Translations under genes and position numbers: made by a program
Assembly (NCBI RefSeq): GCF_004010195.1
Contig: NC_057719.1
Location: forward strand, 6,782,846-6,834,571
DNA length: 51,726 bases
DNA from: Chiloscyllium plagiosum
Taxonomy: Eukaryota
Direction of reading: 5' to 3'
The notes under the pieces: generated by a model
What the model saw: the letters and a program-made list of their open reading frames with translations, nothing else
What the model was told of the DNA's origin: nothing
Databases searched by the model: none
Shown here: piece after piece, positions 1 through 12,297 of the stretch
Layout of the letters: each line of letters begins with the position of its first letter
Numbering within the stretch: position 1 is the stretch's first letter

Positions 1-112
1 CTCTGCATTGTCCAAGGGTAGTTTACACATTATTGAACCAGGAGCGTTAACATGTTTCTGACCGTCTTGAAGGCTATTAAAACCATGAGCTACATCTCTG
101 CCAGGACTCTGG

Positions 113-242
113 CATTCCTGAAGAAGGGCTTATGCCCGAAACGTCGATTCTCCTGTTCCTTGGATGCTGCCTGACCTGCTGCGCTTTTCCAGCAACACAT
201 TTTCAGCTCTGATCTCCAGCATCTGCAGTCCTCACTTTCTCC
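113..242 (+). mobile_element. Mini Penelope-like terminal element, family A (about 130 bp, hammerhead core at 5' end)
   Basis: attcCTGAAGAaGGGCttatGCCCGAAAcgtc...ctcactttctcc, near-identical to copies at 12034 and 25498; flanked by direct repeat cattcctga (113-121, 242-250). Confidence 0.8.
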
Positions 243-393
243 ATTCCTGACTACTGCTTTTGAATAGTATTATACAGCTCAGAAAAAAGCCTTTCAACCC
301 ATTGTGTCTGTGCTGATAATCTGAAAAGGTTATCTGACATGCACTGTCCAGTTCTTTCCCTATAGTCCAGCAATTTATTTTCCTTTTCAAGTG

Positions 394-3300
394 AGGCTAG
401 GAACAGAGTGCGAGTGCAGCTGAACACGTGGCTGCAGAGCTGATATAGGGGGGAGGGCTTCAGACATATGGATCATTGGGATACCATCTGGGGAAGGTGG
501 GACCTGAATAAGGAGGATGGTTGCACCTGAACTGAAGGGGTACCAATATCCTAGGCAGGAGGTTTGCTAAAGCTCTTTGGGAGGGTTTAAACTAATTTGG
601 CAGGGGAATGGGAACTGGAGTTATGGATCAGAGAATGGGGTAGCTGGTGAACAGGCGAATACAGCGTGCAGAGAGTCTGTGAGGAAGGATAGACAGTTGA
701 TAGGGCAAAGTTAAAGTCAGTGTGATGGGTTGAAGTGTGTCTATTTTAACGCAAGAAATGTCAGGAATAAGGGTGGTGGACAAACTTAGAGTTTGGATCA
801 GTATTTGGAGCTACGATGTTGTGGCCATTGCAAAGACTTAGATATCACATGGGTTGGATGTGCCAGGGTTTAGATGTTTCAAAAGGACTGGGGAGGAAAA
901 TAAAAGAGGTGGGGGAGTGGCACTGCTAATCAGGGATTGTATCATAGCTGCAGAAAGGGAGGTTGGCAAGGAGGGTTTGTCTCCTGAGTTTGTCTGTGAG
1001 TAGAAGTCAGAAACAGGAAAGGAGCAGTCACTTTATTGGAAGTTTTCTACAGACCCCCTAATAGCAAAGAGACGCAGAGGAGTAGATTTTGGAAAAGTGC
1101 AAAAGTAACAAGGTTGTTGTCATGGGTGACTTCAACTTCCCTAATATTGATTGAAACCTCCTTAATTCAAATAGTTTGGATGGATTTTGTCAGATCTGTC
1201 CAGAAAGGATTCCTGACTCAATATGTAGATAGGGCAACTAGAGAGGAGGCCATATTGGATTTGGTGGTTTGCAATGAACCAGGTCATGTGCCAGCTGTCT
1301 CAGTGGGAGAGTATCTTGGTGATAGTGATCATAACCTCCTGACCTTTACTATTGTCATGGAGAGGAATAGGAGCAGATGGTATGGGAAAGTATTTAATTG
1401 GGAGAAATGGGGAATAATAATGCTATTAGGCAGGAACTATGGAGCACAAATTGGGAACAGATGTTCTCAGAGAAATGCACATTAGAAATGTGGAGGTTGT
1501 TTAGGGAGCACTTGCTGATAGCACTGGATAGGTTTGTCCCACTGAGGCAAGAAGAGGATGGTCAGGTGAAAGAATCTTGGATGACAAGAGGTGTGGAAAA
1601 TTTAGTCAAGTTGAAGAAGGAAGCTTACTTAAGGTTGAGGAAGCAAGGATCAGACAAGGCTTGAGAAGGCCAGCCAGTAACGAACTGAAGATGGACTTAA
1701 GAGCACTAGAACGGGGCATGAAAAAGCCTGGACGGGTAGGATTAAGGAAAATCCCAAGATGTTTTACACTTATATGAGGAACAAGAGGATGGCCAGAATG
1801 AGGGTAGGGATGATCAGGGATATTGGAGGAAACTTGTGCTTGGAGTTGTAGGAAGTAGGGGAGGTCCTTAATAAATACTTTGCTTCAGTATTCACTCGTG
1901 AGAAGGACCTTGTTGTTTGTGAGGACAGCGTGAAATAGGCTGATATGCTGGAATAACTTGATGTTAAGAAGGAGGATGTGCTGGAAAAAGCATAAGGATA
2001 GATAAATTCCCTGGGTCAGATGGGATATACCTAAGGTTATTTCAGGAAGCAGGAAGTGCCACTGGTGATGATCTTTACGTCCTCACTCTCCACTAGAGTA
2101 GTACCAGATGATTGGAGGGTGGCAAATGTTATTCCCATGTTCAAGAAAGGAAATAGAGATAACCCTGGGAATTATAGACTAGTCAGTCTTACATCGTTGG
2201 TGGGTAAATTATTGGAGAGGATTCTGACAGACAGGATTTATGATTATTTGGAAAAGCATATCTTGATTAAAGACAGTCAACATGGTTTTGTGAGGGGCAG
2301 ATCATGCCTCACAAGCCTTATTGAATTAATTGAGGATGTGACAAAACACATTGATGAAGGTAGAGCAATGGATGTGGTGTACGTGGATTTTAGCAAGGCA
2401 TTTGATAAGATTCCCCATTGTAGGATCATTCAAAACTTAAGGAGGCATGGGACACAGGGCAATTTGGCTGTATGGATACAGAATTGGCTGGCGCATAGAA
2501 GACAGAGCGTGGTAGTAGATGGAAAGTATTCAGCCTGGAGCTCAGTGACAGTGGTGATCTGTTCTGGGACCTCTGCAGGGATCTGTTCTGGGACTTCTGC
2601 TCTTTGTGATTTACATAAATGACTTGAATGAGGAAGCAGAAGGGTGGGTTAGTAAGTTTGCCGATGACATGAAGGTTGGTGGAGTTGTGGATAGTGTGGG
2701 GGGCTGTTGTAGTTTACAACAGGACAGTGACAGGACACAGAGCTGGGCTGAGAAGTGGCAGATGGAATTCAACCTGGAAAAGTGTGAAGTGATTCATTTT
2801 GGAAGGTCGAATTTGAATGCAGATTACAGGGTTAAAGGCAGGATTCTTGGCAGTGTGGAGGAACAGAGGGATCTTGGGATCCACATCCAAAAAATCCCTC
2901 AAAGTTGCCACCCAAGTTGATAGGTTATTCAGAAGGCATATGGTGTGTTGGCTTTCATTAGCAGGGTGATTGAGTTTAAGAGCCGCGAGGTTATGTTGCA
3001 ACTCTATAAAGCCCTGATTAGACCACATTTGGAATATTGTGTTCAGTTCTGGTCGCCTCATTACAGGAAGGATGTGGTAGCCTTAGAGAGGGTGCAGAGG
3101 AGATTTACCAGGATGCTGCCTGGATTGGAGGGCATGGCTTACGAAGAAAGGCTGAGGGAGCAAGGGCTTTTCTCATTGGAATGAAGAAGAATGAGAGGTG
3201 ACTTGGTCGAGGTGTACAAGATGATGTGAGGCATAGATAGAGTGGATCACCAGAGGCTCTTTTCCCCAGGGTAGAATTAGCTATCACAAGGGCACATAAT

Positions 3301-3550
3301 CTTAAGGTGATTGGATGAAGGTTTAGGGGAGATGTCATAGGTAGATTCTTTACACAAAGAGTGGTGGGTGTGTGGAATGCACTGCCAGCCATGGTAGTAG
3401 AGTCAGAGACGTTAGGGACATTTAAGGGACTCTTAGGTAGGCACATGGATGATAGCAAAATGAAGAGTATGTAGGTTAGTTTGGTAAAAGATTCGCACAA
3501 CATCGAGGGCTGAATGGCCTGTACTGTGTTGTACAGTTCTATATTCTAAA
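394..3550 (+). mobile_element. CR1-clade LINE (HER1-like), decayed: end of ORF1 esterase, ORF2 APE endonuclease and RT, 3' tail
   Basis: ORF fragments with CR1 motifs ([79 protein letters not shown]); many frameshifts and stops. Confidence 0.93.
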
Positions 3551-3555
3551 TAATG

Positions 3556-4838
3556 AGAACAAAGAAAGAACAAAGAAAATTTACAGCCCAGGAACAGGCC
3601 CTTCTGCCCTCCAAGCCTGAGCCGATCCAAATGTACTGTCTAAAACTGTTGGTCAATTCCTAAGCATCTGTATCCCTCTGCTCCCTATCTACCCATGCAT
3701 CTATCCAGACACATCTTAATTGAATCTACGTGCCTGCCTCTACCACCTCTGCTGGCAACGCGTTCCAAACTCCCACCACCCTCTGTGTGAAGTACTTGCC
3801 ACATGTATCCCCCTTAAACTTTCCACCTCTCACCTTGAAAGCATGACATCTCGTTATTGAATCCTTCACCCTGGGAAAAAGCTTGTCTCTATCCACCCTG
3901 TCTATACCCTTTATGATTTTGTAAACCTCAATCAGGTTCCCCCTCAATCTCTTTTTTTCTAGTGAAAACAAACCTAACCTAACCTACTCAATCTCTCTTC
4001 ATAGCTAGCATCTTCCATACCAGGCAACATCCTCATAAACCTTCTCTGCACCCTCTCCAAAGTGTCCACATCCTTTTGGTAATGTGGCGCCCAGAACTGT
4101 ACACAGTATTCTAAATGCGGCCGAACCAATCTTGTACAACTTTAACATGACTTGCCAGCTCTTATACTCAATACTCTGTCCGATGAAGGCAAGCATACTA
4201 TATGCCTTCTTGACCACTCTATCCACCTGTGCAGCAACCTTCAGGGTACAATGGACCTGCACTCCCAGATGTCTCTGCCTGTCAACTTTTCCCAAGGCTC
4301 TTCCATTCATTGTATAATTCGCTCTAGAATTAGACTTGCCTAAATGCATCACCTCACATTTTTCTGGAATGAAAGCCATCTGCCACTTTTCCACCCAACT
4401 CTCCAGTTTATGTATATCCTCCTGTATTCTCTGACAGTCCCTTATGCTTTCTGCCACTCCACCAATCTTTGTGTCATCTGCAAACTTGCTGATCATACCA
4501 ACAAGTGCCCTCTTCTAGATCATTTATGTATATCACAAACAACAGTGGGTCCAGCACTGACCCCTGTGGAACACCACTGGTCACCTTTCTCCATTTCGAG
4601 AAACTCCCTTCAACTACGACTCTCTGTCTGCAGTTGCTCAACCAGTTCTTTATCCACCTGCTAGAACACCCTGCACACCATGTGACTTCATTTTCTCCAT
4701 TAGACTACCATGGGGAACCTTATCAAATGCCTTACTAAAGTCCATGTATATGACATCAACAGCCCTTCCTTCGTCTAACAACTTGGTCACTTCCTCGAAG
4801 AACTCTATCAAGTTAGTAAGGCATGACCTCCCCCACAA
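3556..4838 (-). mobile_element. CR1-clade LINE 3' half, tail-to-tail with the preceding copy
   Basis: Minus-strand ORFs [64 protein letters not shown]. Confidence 0.92.
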
Positions 4839-5375
4839 TTATCCAAATCTCTCTTGAAATTTACGATTGAATCTGTTTCCACCATGCTTTCAGTCAGCGT
4901 ATTTCAGGTCATATTGAGTTTGCCTCTATTTATTTTGTTCATTGCCTTAATGACCAACATTTTAACATGTTAGTCTGATTTTTCTGTTTTCAGATACTGA
5001 TAGACTTGCTTTGAAATTCCTTCTATCCCTCAAAGTGATAGATGTTAGTCCTGTCCAATGGCACCCTTTTCATTTACATTTTAAGGACCCAGTACTACTA
5101 GGTGAGGGAGAATAATACTGTTAGCTGTAAAGGCCACCTCCCAATCTTGCCAACAATGCATTTCAATCCCAATCATCCCTGATGCACGCAGATGATAGGT
5201 TTTCATTAGCATGCCATGCCTAATATCTTGTGACTACTCCAATTTGTCATGCAATGGCAAATTAAGATAGTTTTACTTTTGCTTAGCGATATCTTCCTTG
5301 CCCAACAGGATTTGAATTGTCCAAGCCCAATTCATGCAGTGTGCAGAAAACACTACTCACCTGTCAGCCTCTAAA

Positions 5376-5463
5376 GTGATGGAGCAGCGCTCCGAAAGTT
5401 AGTGCTTTCAAATAAACCTGTTGGACTATAACCTGGTGTTGTGTGAGTTTTAAAATTGTGCAC
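5376..5463 (+). mobile_element. PLE family B terminal fragment
   Basis: ggagcagcgctccgaaagttagtg...aaacctgttggactataacctggtgttgtg matches family B ends elsewhere in the window. Confidence 0.7.
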
Positions 5464-5469
5464 AGTAAT

Positions 5470-5780
5470 TTCCAATGATTAAGAAAATGACAAGATAATT
5501 TGGCTATTTTTAGGAGTGTTTGTTGCAAGATAAATATTTGTTGCGACAACTGGGATAAATTTCCAGCTCTTATTCAAACTTTTGTCATGAAATGTTTTGC
5601 ATGTAACTGAGATACAACTTTGGCTTGACATATCTTTGAAAAGTAGCACCTCTGACAGTGCAGCATGTTCTCAGTACTACATAGGATGGTCAGCCTGGAA
5701 TTTGTGCTCAAGTTGTGGGAGTGGGACTTGGATACACAACCTCCTAATCCAAAGGCAAGGGCACAATTCCTTAAACCATA
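5470..5780 (-). mobile_element. Old Deu-domain SINE (SacSINE1/AmnSINE1-like), degraded
   Basis: Reverse complement contains gtactgagaacatgctgcactgtcagaggtgctac, recalled as Deu-domain-like; similar to 6732-7040. Confidence 0.55.
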
Positions 5781-6573
5781 GGTGATGATTTCGAATTGAC
5801 AATATCACCATTAAATCAGGTTCAACCTGACACGAGAAACAATGTGTGGGGATGCTGTCTCACATCCAAATCATTTAATAACAGTGTTAATTTGTGGAAT
5901 TCTTTATTGCAGACGGCTGTCAAGGCTGGATTGTGGAGCAGGTTTTTAATCAGTAAGGATATCAAGGGTATAAGAAAAAGGCAGGAAATTGGAGTTGAAT
6001 CAGCCATAATCTCATTGAATGGCAGAGCAGATTTGATAGGCTGAATGGTCTTATAAAATGAACCCAAAGTTTAAAGTGCAATTTTTAATGTAGACAAAGA
6101 TGCAACCTATAGTTTTAAGAACACTTTACATTTACTGCTCAAGAATTGGAGTCTTAGAACTCATTGTCTCCGTTGTAAGAATTTGAATTTGGAGCCATGC
6201 AGTGAAAAGCAGGTACTTTTGCCTGGCCCTAATTTTGTAACTACTAGTCCCTAACCATTAATTACTGTATAGCTGCACCGCCAAAGAGTATTGCTATTTT
6301 GCCTCTTCAATGAATATATCTGCTGTCTTGGATTTAAACTCATTGAATTGTAATTGCTACATTGGCAAGATTAAATACAAGTCGAGATGTGTATGGAAAC
6401 AATCAGTGAGCCTCTTTTCATAGCAAAGACTGCAGATGCATGCCAAAGACTACAATACGTTGTCACAATCTCAACATTATTGTGCTCTGGGTAGAACTAA
6501 AGTGGGAACTAAGGAAAATCCATAGTGTCCTTCTATTTCTGACATACATGGTTTTAAACAAACAGCACCTAAT

Positions 6574-6716
6574 AAAGTTAAAAATCACACAACACCAGGT
6601 TATAGTCCAACAGGTTTAATTGGAAGCACACTTCCAATTAAACCTGTTGGACTATAACCTGGTGTTGTGTGATTTTTAACTTTGTACACCCCAGTCCAAC
6701 ACCGGCACCTCCAAAT
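6574..6716. mobile_element. Palindromic PLE family B mini-insertion
   Basis: Perfect 53-bp inverted arms (6574-6626 and 6631-6683), tail of about 33 nt on the right arm, 15-bp duplication cagcacctaataaag (6563-6577, 6717-6731). Confidence 0.85.
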
Positions 6717-6731
6717 CAGCACCTAATAAAG

Positions 6732-7040
6732 GTTGACATTCAGTACTGCACTGTTGAAAGTGCCATCTTCCAGATGGAATATTCAATTTAAGGCCTTGAT
6801 CTACTGTCCAGCTGGAAGCATAAGATCCCATGGAGTTTCTATGAAAAGGACCAGAGGAGTCCCCTTCATTTTATTGGCCAATAATCATAAAAATTTCAAA
6901 GACAATTTATTTGGTCACGTAACTGTTCGTAGGATTCTGATTGTGGGGGGCTATGTTTTCTGAATTACAAGTGTGATTACACTTCAAAAGTGACTTGGGA
7001 CATCCAAAGATTGTGAAAGGTGCTGTGTGAATTCAAATTA
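6732..7040 (+). mobile_element. Old Deu-domain SINE body and tail
   Basis: ctgcactgttgaaagtgccatcttccagatg...aagatcccatgg...tggccaata...tacacttcaaaag...tgtgaaaggtgct resembles the DeuSINE consensus (from recall). Confidence 0.6.
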
Positions 7041-7402
7041 TTTGTGTTTTGGTCTTGGAAGGGTGGAGTGCAAGTTCATCAAAATTGCGTTGGAGCTTTA
7101 AGGTGAACTGATGATAACAGGTTGTATAGAAGAAACTTGTGTTCCCTTGAATCCAGGAGGTTAAGGAATTAGAATTAGAATTAGGGTTATTGTCACATGT
7201 ACTCATTTGAGTGCAGTGAACAGTCTACAAAGTTGACAACTTATAGTGCCATCTTAGGTACAAAGATATCTAGGTACAGGATCTTAGAAATAAATTAGAA
7301 AAATGAAGAAATTTTAAAAGTTCAGCATTAATGTACTTTGCACCATCTTAGGTACAGAATCTAATTAAGACTTTAAGATGATGAAAAGAATTGTTAGGAT
7401 AA

Positions 7403-7602
7403 GGTAAAGTCAAGCACCATAGTTCCAGAGGACCACTCTCTGGAGACAACTGATGTTGCATTGTAGCCTAAGGGTCATGACACCCAGGCAAGGGGTCAGA
7501 TTGAGAAAGCAGGACTTTCATGGTGACCTCAATTGGAATTGAGCCCAGGCTATTGGTATCATGCTACATCGTAAGTCAACTGTCCAGCCAACTGAGCTAA
7601 CC
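7403..7602 (-). mobile_element. tRNA-derived SINE, degraded
   Basis: Minus strand begins GGTTAGCTCAGTTGG (A box) with GGCTCAATTCC (B-box-like) downstream. Confidence 0.6.
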
Positions 7603-8445
7603 AAACTTCATTGTTAGAGTTGAAAGTGGGAGGAGAAACCAGAAAAGGAATCATAACATAGAAGTTACACCTAGGTTATCCAGAATTAATGTTAGGGAGC
7701 ACTTTCTCAAATCATAAGGCTGTGGAAATCTGGAACTCCCTCCCACAAAGGGCTATTGAGTTTGACAGCCAGTTGAAAATTTTGAAACCTTGGTTTGGGG
7801 ATTAAGATACAGATCAGGTACGATCTAATTGTGGCTAAAGATGAAAGGTTGAAATGTATTAGATGAAACGTAATGGTTTGGAGGATTATGCTAGTGTAGA
7901 CACAGAAATGTTCTCATTTGTGAAAATAATTCCCATTTGTGAACATAAGAGACAAGAAATATGCAAATAAACCCAGTAGAGAATTAAAGAGAAATTATTT
8001 TACTGTTTAAAATATGGATTTTGCTACTACATGGTGTAATTGAGCTAAATAGTACCTCGGTACTTATGGAGAAACTAGATCTGTACACAAGGAAGAAAGA
8101 AACACATGGAGACAGTGGTAGAGCGTGAGGAGGTTTGCAAACATCATAAACACCATCATAAATCAACTAGATCAAATGGCCTCTTACTGTGCAATAAACT
8201 CTATGTAACATGCTCGAACGCCTCCTCAACCTATATTTCCAATGGAGAGAAGCCAATTCTTCCTCTGCCATTCATGGGGCATAACCCTGAGGGAACATAT
8301 TCCCAGCATTGTCACCTCACGGCCAAGCACACAGGTCTAACAATTGAAAGTGTATTGATTTTGGAGGGTTTTTTAAAATCAAGGTTGATTAAATCATCAT
8401 TAGTGTTCAATAACAACACGTCGAAAAATAACACTTTGCAGAAAT

Positions 8446-9262
8446 TATGTGGAGGTGTTAGTGTTGGACCGGAGTGCACTAAGTTAAAAATTACAACACC
8501 AGGTTATAATCCAACAGGTTTATTTGAAAGTACTTGCTTTCGGAGCACTGCTCCTTCATCAGGTAGTGTGGAGCAGGATCAGAAGACATAGAATTTATAG
8601 CAAAAGATCACAGTGCCATGCATGCAGCTGATACAATACATTGAACAAATCTAGATTGCTGTTAAGTCTTTCATCTTTTAGAATGGTTGCAGGTTTCAGT
8701 TTATTAATATGTAAATCCCAGAACTTCTTTCAAGTCAGATTCTCTGGATAAGATTTTATAAAAAAAGGTGATATCTCAGCTGAGACAATGCATTAAAGTT
8801 GCAAGGTTAGAGTCTGTAGGCATCCCAATCTTGAGTTAGACTGGTTCTATTTCCAAAGTAGGAATTTATAAAATGTTACAAGCATTGACTGCCTGCAGAT
8901 TGTGTGCTTTTGAACAAAATAGAATGTATCCGCAATTTCAATTCTGCAAATGCAAATTCACCGCAGAGACTTAGATGCGTGCATGAGAGAGAGAAAGACA
9001 GAGAGAGAGAAAGAAAAGAGTATTTGTGTGAGAGAGCATTTGCGTGCATGTGAGAGTGTGTGTTTGCGTGTGTGCACCTCTTGGGGGGGGGGGTGTGGCT
9101 GAGAGAGCGTGTGTATGAGAGAAAGTCTGCGTGAGTGTGCGAGTCCATAAGAATACACATGTATGTGTATGTGTGTGTTTGAGAGTGTACAGTGTAGTGG
9201 GGTCACCTGTAGTGTGACATGAACCCAAGGTCCCGGTTGAGGCCATCCTCATGGATTCGGTA
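8446..9262 (-). mobile_element. PLE family B 3' region (ORF C-terminus, CA-rich UTR, hammerhead-like core, tail)
   Basis: ORF end HEDGLNRDLGFMSHYR; inverted homolog of 10550-11314; core at about 8531-8566. Confidence 0.8.
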
Positions 9263-9278
9263 CCATGTAAGCTAGCCT

Positions 9279-9355
9279 TTCCTGATGAAGGGCTTATGCC
9301 CGAAACGTTGATTCTCCTGCTCCTCGGATGCTGCCTGACCTGCTATGCTTTTTCT
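9279..9355 (+). mobile_element. PLE family A fragment
   Basis: ttcCTGATGAaGGGCttatGCCCGAAAcgttgattctcc. Confidence 0.75.
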
Positions 9356-9860
9356 GATCAGGTAAGCGCAGCAGTTTCCTTTTGTCAAGGAATGAAGGGT
9401 ATTTTGCACAATTAACAACAATTTCAGGGTCATCATTAGACTCATAATTCTTAATTAATAATCTCAATATAAAATTAGTCAACAAATTGTGTTTACGTAG
9501 CATTTTTAATTTGGAAAACCATCCCAAGATGTAATGTTATTAAACAAAATTTGCTGCCAAATTACAAAAGATTGTATGAGATCAGGAGACAAAAAAATTG
9601 ATCTAGGAGGTAGACTTTAGGCAGACTATTACAAAGTGGAGGACAGGATTCTAAGGTCACAAGCTGAACTTTAAGACAGCAATGGCCACAATAGAATTCC
9701 AACAAAGTTATAACAGCTGTGCCACAAAACTCTTCCCCAAATCAAATTCTCAGTGCTCACTAAGGAATCATGACAATTTTCAAACTTGATATGGGGTTAT
9801 AGTGGAAAATGTTTAAGATATACTGTTTTAAGGAGTACTCTATACCGTCTGAACACTTTT

Positions 9861-10400
9861 CGCTGTATGTATTCTGATCTCTGTTTGAACTAATTGTGAG
9901 CAACCTATACAGTCTGGTCTCTGTTTCAACTAACTGTGAGCACTCAATTCAGCCTGGACTCTGCTTGCATTGACCGTGAACAGTCTACATAACCTGGACT
10001 CTGTTTGCAATGACTATGTACACTCTACACTGTCTGGTCTCTGCACTGTGTAGAATCCAGTGTACAGAGCCTGGCCTCTGTTTGTGCTGACTGTGAACAC
10101 TTGATATAGCCTGGAGTCTCTTTGCACTGACTGTGTGAACCCTAAACCATTTGGATACTGTTCGCACTGTACATTCTACACAACCTTCCACTGACTGGGT
10201 ACACGCTATACAGCCTGGCCTCTGTTTGCACTGACTGTACGCATTTATGCAGTTGGGATTCTCTTTCCGTTGACTATGTGCACTCTATGCAGCCTCTACT
10301 CTGTTTGCACTGTGTATACCCTACACAGCCTGGACTGTATTTGTATTGACTGGATGCACTCTAAGCATCCAGAACTCTCCTTTGCACTGACTGTATGTAC
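9861..10400. repeat. Degenerate minisatellite, unit about 40 bp, about 13 units
   Basis: Recurrent unit resembling cactctatacagcctggactctgtttgcactgactgtgta at about 40-bp period (9901, 9941, 9981, 10021...). Confidence 0.85.
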
Positions 10401-11314
10401 CCAGATGGACAGTTGTGTTCCCTCCCAGTCTGGGAACATTTCAGTGATCAGGGACATTTGGCCTTGGATCTTTGGGTGACCATCCTCCAAGGCGGACTTT
10501 GGGATACGCAACACCACACACTGGCCAACCTGAGGCTGATAGCTAAGTTCAGACCCCATGAAGATGGCCTCAACTGGGACCTTGGGTTCATGTCATAATA
10601 TAGGTGACCCCACTACACTATGCACTCTCACATACATACACTTACACACTCACACAGACCCTCTCTCATACACACACACACACCTCCCACACTCTCTCCC
10701 ATGCACACACCGTGTCGCAGGCTTATAGTCTATCCCCCTTGCACTTTACCAAGCACGTGCACACACACAGTCTCTCACACGCACACTCACATGCATGCAC
10801 ACACACACTCTCTCTCTCATGCATACATGCAAATATAAGTCTATGGAGTGAATTTGTATTTGTTGAATATTTGCAGATACATTCTATTTTGCTCAAAAAG
10901 CACACAATCTGCAGGCAGTCAATCCATGTAATATTTTATAAGTTCCTACTTTGGAAATAGAACCAGTATGACTCAAGATTGGTATACATATAGACTCTAA
11001 CCTCACACCTTTAATGTACCGTCTCAGCTGAGATGTCACCTGTTTTTATAAAATCTAAGTTATCTTGTGAATGTGACTTGAAAGAAGTTTTGGGATTTAC
11101 ATATTAATATACCGAAAACTGCAACACATTCTAAAAGACAAAGACTTAACAGCAATCTAGGTTTGTTCAATACAGTATATCAAATCAGTTGCATGACACT
11201 GTAAAATCTTTTGCGATAAATTCTGTGTCTTATGATCCTGCTCCACAGATACCTGATAAAGAAGCAGTGCTCCGAAAGCTATTGTTTCCAAATGAACCCG
11301 TTGGACTATAACCT
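10401..11314 (+). mobile_element. PLE family B 3' region
   Basis: ORF 10395-10598 SLPVWEHFS...LIAKFRPHEDGLNWDLGFMS (C-terminal end of GIY-YIG region); ends in a degenerate hammerhead core and ttggactataacct. Confidence 0.8.
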
Positions 11315-12290
11315 TGATTTGGAGATACTGGTGTTGGACTGGGATGTACAAAGTTAAAAATCACAGAACACCAGGTTTAATTGGAAGCACTAACTTTCGG
11401 AGCGCTGTTCCTTCATCAGGTGGTTGTGAAGTACACAGTTGTAAGACACAGAATTTATAGCTAAAGCTTACAGTGTGATGTAACTGAAATTATACATTGA
11501 AAAATACCTTGATTGTTTATTAAGTCTCTCATCTGTTAGAATGACCATTTAGTTTCACTTCTTTCATATGTAAATCACAAAACTTTTTTAAAAAGTTACA
11601 TTCTCAGGTTAACTGTAACAATTGGTGTCAGTCAGATAAGATGTTGAAGGTGTTAGCCCCCTCTGTTCCCTGTCTGTGCCAATGTAACTCTGCAAGTACA
11701 AATTCACCCCACAAACGTATATGTGTATGTGTGTTTTTGTGTGTGTCCCCGTCTGGGGTAGGGGATTGAGAGTGTGAGAGAGTGTGTATATGTGAGTGTA
11801 AAGTGTCTAAGTCTGTGAGAGAATCATGTATGTGTGTGGGAGTGTGTATAGTGCACTGGTGGTCACCTGTAGTGTGGCATGAACCCAAGGTGCCGGTTGA
11901 GGCCCTCCCTATGGGTACAGAACTTAGCTATCAGCCTCTGCTTGGCCACTTTTCCCTGCTGCCTGTCCTGAAGTCCGGCCTTGGAGGATGGTCACCCGAA
12001 GATCTGAGGTCGATTGTCCTGGACCACTGAAGTATTCCTGAAGAAGGGCTCATGCCCGAAACGTCGATTCTCCTGCTCCTTGGATGCTGCCTGACCTGCT
12101 GCACTTTTCCAGCAACACATTTTCAGCTCTGATCTCCAGCATCTACAGTCCTCACTTTCTCCACTGAAGTGTTCCCCAACTGGGAGGGAACACTTCTGTC
12201 TGCTGATTGTTGTGCGGTGCCCATTCATCCATTGCCTTAGCCTTTGCTCAGTTTCACCAATACACCATGCCTCAGGGCATTCTTGCCTGC
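11315..12290 (-). mobile_element. PLE family B 3' region, interrupted by a family A insert
   Basis: Tail, core at about 11388-11423, ORF fragment MNGHRTTISRQKCSLPVGEHFS. Confidence 0.8.
12034..12162 (+). mobile_element. Mini PLE family A insert
   Basis: Full 129-bp unit; TSD ccactgaagt (12024-12033, 12161-12170). Confidence 0.85.
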
Positions 12291-12297
12291 AGCATCC

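Noticed and set aside
8876..9252. His/Thr-rich ORFs (also 10604-10960, 50148-50441)
   Set aside because: Artefacts of CA/CT-rich low-complexity sequence.
9861..10400. CRISPR-like periodic array
   Set aside because: Units are contiguous and degenerate with no unique spacers; no cas genes; vertebrate context.
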